DNA from: a virus
Lineage: Duplodnaviria > Heunggongvirae > Uroviricota > Caudoviricetes
DNA length: 64,000 nt
Reading direction: 5' to 3' (one strand)
IMG/VR virus record: IMGVR_UViG_3300032030_000013
Part shown: positions 57,440 through 64,000 of the stretch, in pieces
Layout: each line of letters begins with the position of its first letter
Numbering within the stretch: the first letter of the stretch is position 1
Program-made: the position numbers and the translations under genes
Notes under the pieces: generated by a model
What the model was told of the DNA's origin: nothing
Seen by the model: only the letters and a program-made list of their open reading frames with translations
Database searches by the model: none

Positions 57440-58978
57440 TTATATATCATAATATTCTTTATAATTTTTAATGAGCCAAGTTGAAGGTATGCCAGTAGCA
57501 CTATTACCACCAGCTTTAGGCCATGTTGCATTAACATGTTTAATAAATACACCAGTTGGAAACACTACATTAATACTTCCCAATGTATTATCCCAAAGAA
57601 AAGCAAATAAACTATCATTTATTATATTTTGCACTAAACATGTAATATAATTAAGAGAAACACAACCATGAAATAAACCGTGATAACAATGATATACTAA
57701 TGTTTCTGCTGGCAATTCAGGATGTGTTGTCATTGAAACACAGTCATCAAACATATAATAATAACATTCTGTTGATAAAGTTGTAGCAGGTAATATTTTA
57801 GGAGATTTTGTTAATAAATGACTATGTGCAAATGTAGCTCGATAACAATCTGTAGTTAATGTTGTTGCTGGTAATATTAAATATTCTGCAGAAACAATAT
57901 TTGATCCGTTAAATACTTGAGATAATGCATGTTCTTCCGTTAATGTAGTTTGTCCAATAAAATTATCTCCATAAATAAGACTCATTATGTTACCTTTAGC
58001 ATTATATGTTGCAGTACCACCAGTAAAAGCAGAATATTTTGTATTATTCCATGCATAACGAGAATTATTACCTTTTATTAATACTTTATCTCCAGTTAGT
58101 ACATTAATTTCAGTACCTTCAGATGTAGCTGTGATATCTGTCCATGTAGTTCCATTATCTTTACTGTATGATATAGTTAATACACTATATATTTCATTAT
58201 TACCTGTACCTTTCCATAATATTGTGCCATCAGTTAATACATCAAATTGAAGATATTCATTTTCCCATGGATATCCATATTCATCATTAATAATCCACCC
58301 AGATGGAATATGAGATGCTTTATTAGTATTATTCCATGTTCCTAAATAATTGAGTTCAAATGTACCAGAACCAGCAACACCAGATATCCAGTTTTGATTA
58401 ACATATTCTGATATATCTGAAACATTATAACATATGATATGATTTAATGAAGTACATCCATAGAACATATCTTTATAGCAGTCTTCAGATAAAGTTTCTG
58501 CTCTTAATATTGGGGAATCTGTTAATGAAGAACATCCATAGAACATCCCTTCATAACAGCCAACTTCAGTGTGTTTAGGCATTATCAAATTACTTGCATC
58601 TATTAATGTAGTACAATTCTTAAATAAATCCTTGAATGAATAAGGTCTCATATAGTTATGATTAATTAATGCAAGAAGCCTGCCAGATACTTCAAAATCT
58701 CCAGATACAGTAAATGTACCTATACCATTATTCATAAATGGTATCAAACTTCCTTTGAATACTATGCTATTACCTGAGCTTAATTCTATTTCTGTATTTG
58801 CTTCATAAAAACTCCAATATGAATTAGTACCATTATTATATTCAAGATTATTTGAAAATGATAATGTTAAATTTTCTAAAGCAGTTATCTTAAATACTTC
58901 TATACTATCTAATCCTTCATAATGAATACTACCTAAATTAGATGAAAATAATATATCAGTTTTTGTTATTTTTCCCAT
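57440..58978 (-). CDS. Tail fibre/receptor-binding-like protein with BspA-type LRRs
   Basis: LPATTL..CY..MF..C repeats; first ~230 aa paralogous to 59018..62596. Confidence 0.7.
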   Translation of the reverse strand: MGKITKTDILFSSNLGSIHYEGLDSIEVFKITALENLTLSFSNNLEYNNGTNSYWSFYEANTEIELSSGNSIVFKGSLIPFMNNGIGTFTVSGDFEVSGRLLALINHNYMRPYSFKDLFKNCTTLIDASNLIMPKHTEVGCYEGMFYGCSSLTDSPILRAETLSEDCYKDMFYGCTSLNHIICYNVSDISEYVNQNWISGVAGSGTFELNYLGTWNNTNKASHIPSGWIINDEYGYPWENEYLQFDVLTDGTILWKGTGNNEIYSVLTISYSKDNGTTWTDITATSEGTEINVLTGDKVLIKGNNSRYAWNNTKYSAFTGGTATYNAKGNIMSLIYGDNFIGQTTLTEEHALSQVFNGSNIVSAEYLILPATTLTTDCYRATFAHSHLLTKSPKILPATTLSTECYYYMFDDCVSMTTHPELPAETLVYHCYHGLFHGCVSLNYITCLVQNIINDSLFAFLWDNTLGSINVVFPTGVFIKHVNATWPKAGGNSATGIPSTWLIKNYKEYYDI

Positions 58979-59017
58979 TTTATATAAATTATTTAATATT
59001 TTGTATATTAATATTTA

Positions 59018-62000
59018 TTATTCTGTATAATCTTCTACAGTCCAACCAGATGGTATACCAGAAGTTCCAGTAGACCAAGATTTACCGGATGCTTTCTTAA
59101 ATGTACCAGTAGATGATGTATTTGCTAACCAATTTTTACAAGCATCAGTATTATCTGTCTTAAGACATGTAACTTCAATTAAATTACCATTACCTCTAAA
59201 CATTTCTTCATAACAACCAGATGCTGTAGTTGCACAACGTAATATAGGAGATTTTGTCATCTTAGGTGTTGTTATATTAGAATTTCTACTCATACAGAAC
59301 ATACGTTTACAACAGTTTTGTGCTAAAGTAGTAAAGTTAAGTTCTGGTGCAACTTCAAGATTAATACATCCTTCAAACATTGAAGAACAACATTCATTTT
59401 CAGCACAAGTTGTTGCTTGTATTTGTGGGGCAGACTTAAGATTTGTACATCCACGGAACATACCATTATAAGAATTATAATATAATGTTGATGCAGAAAG
59501 ATATAATTTATTTGCATCAATTAATGTTGTCGTTCCATAGAATAATCCTACAAAATGGTTATTTGTACTTGAATTTAATTCAGTAGTATTTACAAAATTA
59601 TCTCCATTCAATAATGACATTATATTACCGTATGCATTAAATGTTTTAGATCCATTAAATCTATAATATGTGTCCCATGCAGTTCCTAATCTTAAATTAT
59701 TACCTTTGAATATTATCTTATCACCAGTATTAATAGTTGCAAAATTAGTAGTATCACTTATTGTTAAGTCTGTCCATGTTGTGCCATCATCAGTTGAATA
59801 AGATAAGTTTATATTACTTGGCTTATTTGTTTTAATTATATTAATTGTATTATTATCTTCTAATGATTCAATTGTGAAATATTGTTGACTATAATCAATG
59901 AATGTAAATGTTTCACTTACTGTATTACTTGTTGTACCATCTAATTCAGAATATGCTTCAATAGTTGTAGTTGCATTAATTATTATCGGTTCTGTATATT
60001 GAATAAAACTACCTGTATTATTTAATCTATAATATATTGTACTATTTAGGGTTAAACAAGATAATGTAATAGTTGTTCCATAATTAAATTCAATTGTTGG
60101 ATCTAATAATGATGTTGGAGCATAAACACAATAACTATAAACCTTAGGACTAGTCACATCATTCAATTCTGCATATGTTCTAACTGCAGTATCACTTGAT
60201 ATTGATATTACACCAGTGTATGCAATATAATTACCTGTATTATTTAATTGATAATATATTGTCGCACCTGATGTCTGACAATCTAATGTTATTTCTTGAC
60301 CATCAAATGATATTGTTGGTTTTAATACACCTTCATCAACTATTGTCCATCCACTTGGCACTACTCCACTCCAATCAATATTTATATCTTTTACTAATGT
60401 TCCTGTTGCAGCAACATCGCTTAACATATAACCTATCCAATCAGTTGCACCATTGTCAACTTCATTATACATGCATTTAACATAAGTTAAATACGAACAA
60501 TATCTAAACATTCCAACATAACACTGATTATATACAGTAGTTGCTAATAAATCTGGTGCAGTTGTTAATGATGAACATTTTCCAAACATATATGAATAAC
60601 AACTATTTGCCAACGTTGTTGCTGGTAATACAGGAGCTGTTGTTAATGATGTACATCCATAAAACATATTTGCATAACAACTATTTGCCAACGATGTTGC
60701 AGGCAATGTAGGTGCGGTTGCTAATGAAGTACAATTATAAAACATATTATAATAGCAACTATCTGCTAATGTCATTGCAGGCAATGCAGGAGCAGTTGTT
60801 AATGAAGTACATCCATAAAACATACTTCTATAGCAATTAGTTCCTAATGTTGTCGCAGGTAATGCAGGTGGAGTTACTAATGAAGTACATCCTTCAAACA
60901 TACTTCTATAACATTCTGATGATGCTGTTGTAGCAGACAATACAGGAGCAGATGTTATAGATGTACATCCTTTAAACATATCATAATAACATGCTGCTCC
61001 TAATGTTGTGGCTGGTAATGCAGGAGTGGTTGTTAAAGAAATACATCCATTAAACATTTCATAATAACATTCTGTTGATAATGATGTTGCTGTCAATGAA
61101 CATGAAATATTTGTTAATGATGTACAACCTAAGAACATAGCTCTACAACATCTTACAGCTGATGATGAAATAGTAAATGTTGATATTGACGTTAATGAAG
61201 TACATCCTTGTAACATACTTTGATAACAACCTTCTTTCATCGTAGCTAAAGGTAATTCTGTAACTGTTGTTAATGAAGTACACCCATAAAACATTTGAAA
61301 ATAACAATTTTTAGCCAAACTTGTCGAATATAAATTTGGTGTTTTTGTAATAGATACTGCGTTTTTAAACATCGCTTTATAACATGATTCTGCTAATGTT
61401 GTTGCAGGAAGCTCAGGAACTTCGTCAAGATATTGTGTATCACTAAATAGTGATTGATAACATGAAAGTGTAAGAGTTAAAACAGGAAGCACTAATTTTT
61501 TAGCAGATACAACATTTGTTCCTTGAAATAAATTACGGAAAACCTGCGCATTATTATTAAATGATGTTGATTCAGCAAAATCATCACCACTTATAAGTGA
61601 CATTATATTACCTTCAACATTAAATTTGGCAGTACCACCAAATTTAGAACTTTTGTCAGTATTATTTGCAAAATACCCGTATGCTGTATTGTTTCCTTTA
61701 AATAAAACTTTATCTCCAGCTACAACAGTTATTTCAGCACCTTCTAAAGATGATGTTATATCTGTCCAAGTTTCACCATCATCTTTACTATATGATATAG
61801 TTTTTGATGTAGTATCACTTGTTGTGTTTTCCCATAATATTGTACCAGGTGTTAATATTCTAAATGTTAAATATTTATTAGTCAAAACACCAGTTGTTAT
61901 TTCCCAGTTTTCTGGTATATGAGATGCTTTATTTGTATCATTCCAATTTCCTTCAGAATCTATTTCAAAAACACCAGCTGATGCAACTCCATAAACCCAG

Positions 62001-62596
62001 TTTAAATTAACATACTGAGATATATCTGAAATGTTTTTACATGTTATTTCTCTAAGAGAAGAACATCCATAAAACATATCTGTATAACAATTATTTTGTA
62101 ATGTTTGTACAGATAATGTTGGTGATTCCTCTATTGATGTACATCCATAAAACATTCCTTCATAACAGTTTTGTGTAACATAATCTGGTAATGTTATATT
62201 GCTTACATCAGTTAATGTAGTACAATTTCTAAATAAATTCTTAAATGAATAATTTTGCATTGTACCATCATTAATTAATGATAATATATTACCTGATGCT
62301 GTAAAATTGCCCGATACTGTAAATGTACCTATACCATTAGTTGTTGGAATTAACTTACCTTTTAATGTAACAGTTTCTCCATTTTCAATTGATAATGGAG
62401 TATTTGCTTTTAATGGTTTCCATAATATTGATACATTATTTCTATACTCAAGATCATTTGAAAATCTAAGTGTTAAATCTTCTTGAGCAGTTATAGTTAA
62501 ACCATTATATATTAAAGATGGATCATTAAAAGTTACTTTACCTATATTATTAAATACATATGCAGCATTGGCAGAAATAAGTAATGATTTTCCCAT
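59018..62596 (-). CDS. Large tail fibre/adhesin-like protein with 26-aa LRRs and two Fn3-associated domains
   Basis: About ten 26-aa (78-nt) LPATTL..CY..MFYGCTSLTTAP units; two P.I.F..IT L.C.T..ATIYY.LN domains. Confidence 0.75.
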   Translation of the reverse strand: MGKSLLISANAAYVFNNIGKVTFNDPSLIYNGLTITAQEDLTLRFSNDLEYRNNVSILWKPLKANTPLSIENGETVTLKGKLIPTTNGIGTFTVSGNFTASGNILSLINDGTMQNYSFKNLFRNCTTLTDVSNITLPDYVTQNCYEGMFYGCTSIEESPTLSVQTLQNNCYTDMFYGCSSLREITCKNISDISQYVNLNWVYGVASAGVFEIDSEGNWNDTNKASHIPENWEITTGVLTNKYLTFRILTPGTILWENTTSDTTSKTISYSKDDGETWTDITSSLEGAEITVVAGDKVLFKGNNTAYGYFANNTDKSSKFGGTAKFNVEGNIMSLISGDDFAESTSFNNNAQVFRNLFQGTNVVSAKKLVLPVLTLTLSCYQSLFSDTQYLDEVPELPATTLAESCYKAMFKNAVSITKTPNLYSTSLAKNCYFQMFYGCTSLTTVTELPLATMKEGCYQSMLQGCTSLTSISTFTISSSAVRCCRAMFLGCTSLTNISCSLTATSLSTECYYEMFNGCISLTTTPALPATTLGAACYYDMFKGCTSITSAPVLSATTASSECYRSMFEGCTSLVTPPALPATTLGTNCYRSMFYGCTSLTTAPALPAMTLADSCYYNMFYNCTSLATAPTLPATSLANSCYANMFYGCTSLTTAPVLPATTLANSCYSYMFGKCSSLTTAPDLLATTVYNQCYVGMFRYCSYLTYVKCMYNEVDNGATDWIGYMLSDVAATGTLVKDINIDWSGVVPSGWTIVDEGVLKPTISFDGQEITLDCQTSGATIYYQLNNTGNYIAYTGVISISSDTAVRTYAELNDVTSPKVYSYCVYAPTSLLDPTIEFNYGTTITLSCLTLNSTIYYRLNNTGSFIQYTEPIIINATTTIEAYSELDGTTSNTVSETFTFIDYSQQYFTIESLEDNNTINIIKTNKPSNINLSYSTDDGTTWTDLTISDTTNFATINTGDKIIFKGNNLRLGTAWDTYYRFNGSKTFNAYGNIMSLLNGDNFVNTTELNSSTNNHFVGLFYGTTTLIDANKLYLSASTLYYNSYNGMFRGCTNLKSAPQIQATTCAENECCSSMFEGCINLEVAPELNFTTLAQNCCKRMFCMSRNSNITTPKMTKSPILRCATTASGCYEEMFRGNGNLIEVTCLKTDNTDACKNWLANTSSTGTFKKASGKSWSTGTSGIPSGWTVEDYTE

Positions 62597-62639
62597 ATAT
62601 TTAATTATCTTATATTTAATTTATTTAATATGGTTAATA

Positions 62640-63023
62640 TTAATAATCTGTTATTGTTAAGTCACGGGCTTCACCAATAGTATGGAAACCGTTTGGATCT
62701 AATTTAGCAGCAACATTACCCTCATCATCAGTAAAGAATAATCCATCTTCTTCAACATAATATATATTTTGTCTAAGAGCTTTAATGTCTGCTTCTAATT
62801 GATCTAACTGATATAATAATTGATTCTTCTGTGGTTCTGTAAATGATACATCTTGTAAATTATTATATATCTCTTGTACTGCGTTACTATAGTTTAATAC
62901 AGCTGTATTAATTCTATCATATTCTTCATCAGATATTTCAATATATCTTTTATTAATCATATCTTGAAGATTATCTGCAATACGTTTTTTGTATTTGTAT
63001 TCATGTAATAATACTTGTTTCAT
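62640..63023 (-). CDS. Putative structural/tail-associated protein
   Basis: Coiled coil plus LFFTDDEGNVAAKLDPNG motif; heads the fibre operon. Confidence 0.5.
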   Translation of the reverse strand: MKQVLLHEYKYKKRIADNLQDMINKRYIEISDEEYDRINTAVLNYSNAVQEIYNNLQDVSFTEPQKNQLLYQLDQLEADIKALRQNIYYVEEDGLFFTDDEGNVAAKLDPNGFHTIGEARDLTITDY

Positions 63024-63070
63024 TATTAAATCATTATATTATTTTTATTAGCATATATTTAATAATAACA

Positions 63071-63102
63071 AAAAAGAAGTACACATATGTGTACTTCTTT
63101 TT
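63071..63102 (-). terminator. Terminator, perfect 32-bp palindrome
   Basis: AAAAAGAAGTACACATATGTGTACTTCTTTTT. Confidence 0.7.
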
Positions 63103-63121
63103 AAATATATGATAAAAGAAA

Positions 63122-64000
63122 TTATTTAAAATCCTTTTCAATTTCTTTTCTTAGATTATTCAGATCATTAAGATACATTTGTTTTTCAGTTGTATTCTTA
63201 ATATATTCAAGTTCTGCTTTCATCTCTTGATTTTGTTTCAATAGTTCATCACGTTCTTCAATGGTTACTTTTGACATTGGTGTAGATATAAGTTCCATAG
63301 GAAGTTTATAACTATCCATATCTACCTTAATATCTGCTTTAGCTCTGTTACGAATCTTAAGCTTTCCTTTGCATACTAATTCAATAAACTTAACTAACTC
63401 ATCATTCTTTTTGATTCGTTCCTCAAGAATCTTTACCATCTTCTTCTTTCGTTCTGTATAGATTCCTAATCTATAATTTACGAAATACTCAACTACTTCA
63501 TTCTTATTTTGGAAGTATTTTAATTTATGATTCTCATCCAATAACCATAATAGATCATTAGGTAGTTGCTTAATCAATTTGAACTTATTAGCTATACGTT
63601 TTCCAGAACGATCCTTTTTCATTTCAATAGCTAACTGTTTCTTTGGAAATGTTATCTCATAGTTGACTCCACCATCTACTGACTTGTTTTTCCAACCTTT
63701 GATATAGTCTTCTTCCTCAAACTTATTCAATAGTTTTTCAAAATCTTCATAAGATACATCAGCAGGAAGATCTGTAACATTCATAAAGTCTTTTGTTTGG
63801 TTTAATTTCCATTCTCCATAATTAAACCAAGCTCCATCTTCATATCTCCAATTTGATTTCTTGATTCCTTTAAGATATGGACGAATCTGTGTCTTAATCT
63901 TGTCTTTCTTATCTGCACGAGCTTCTACGACTTCTTTACATGCATCAATAATATCAATAGGATCATATGCCTGATTATGCATAGAATAACCTACCGCAAC
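63122..64000 (-). CDS. Type IIA DNA topoisomerase, GyrA/gp52-like subunit (C-terminal part, partial)
   Basis: Frame open to the window edge: VAVGYSMHNQAYDP; PYLKG, ITDLP-like, YF..YR, L..P...T, Y..DL. Confidence 0.75.
   Translation of the reverse strand, partial: VAVGYSMHNQAYDPIDIIDACKEVVEARADKKDKIKTQIRPYLKGIKKSNWRYEDGAWFNYGEWKLNQTKDFMNVTDLPADVSYEDFEKLLNKFEEEDYIKGWKNKSVDGGVNYEITFPKKQLAIEMKKDRSGKRIANKFKLIKQLPNDLLWLLDENHKLKYFQNKNEVVEYFVNYRLGIYTERKKKMVKILEERIKKNDELVKFIELVCKGKLKIRNRAKADIKVDMDSYKLPMELISTPMSKVTIEERDELLKQNQEMKAELEYIKNTTEKQMYLNDLNNLRKEIEKDFK

Noticed and set aside
57440-62596. Diversity-generating retroelement acting on the fibres
   Set aside because: No reverse transcriptase and no adenine-mismatched template repeat was seen in the window; it cannot be excluded elsewhere in the genome.
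1-64000. TAG-to-Gln recoding as in Lak megaphages
   Set aside because: All long conserved genes (gp46, ligase, RecA, ClpX, GH2, the 1192-aa fibre) are intact under code 11, and TAG serves as a plausible stop (for example 54342-54344).
1-64000. tRNA, rRNA, integrase or transposase genes
   Set aside because: No cloverleaf or T-arm (GTTC.A) pattern, no GC-rich RNA tract and no recombinase motif was recognised by eye; tRNAscan would confirm.

Overview
A 64-kb segment of an AT-rich jumbo-phage genome read in the standard genetic code. It has dense small hypothetical ORFs in strand blocks, no integrase and no recognisable RNA genes. The host is probably a gut Bacteroidota: this is inferred from the SD-less A/T-rich start contexts, the GH2 enzyme, the 26-aa LRR fibres and a lipoprotein. 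Recognisable genes include gp47/gp46 (SbcD/SbcC-like), a baseplate-hub or tail-chaperone gene with an overlapping +1-frame partner, NAD-dependent ligase, RecA, ThyX, a second TS-fold enzyme resembling dCMP hydroxymethylase, ClpP, ClpX, MnmA, an acyl carrier protein, an AAA+/VWA pair, an orphan restriction-endonuclease-like gene, a NUMOD4-HNH nuclease, a GH2 hydrolase beside two paralogous LRR fibre genes, and a partial type II topoisomerase. The most striking unexplained structure is an 8-gene array at 50.5-54.3 kb. Every member starts with a 10-residue MKx..xE leader resembling the T4 capsid-targeting sequence, then a second shared motif (KLIINKNTKI), then a variable payload. A ~140-bp duplication scar suggests the cassettes turn over by recombination. 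The same leader occurs on four other proteins in the window. All family assignments come from motifs read by eye; no database searches were run.
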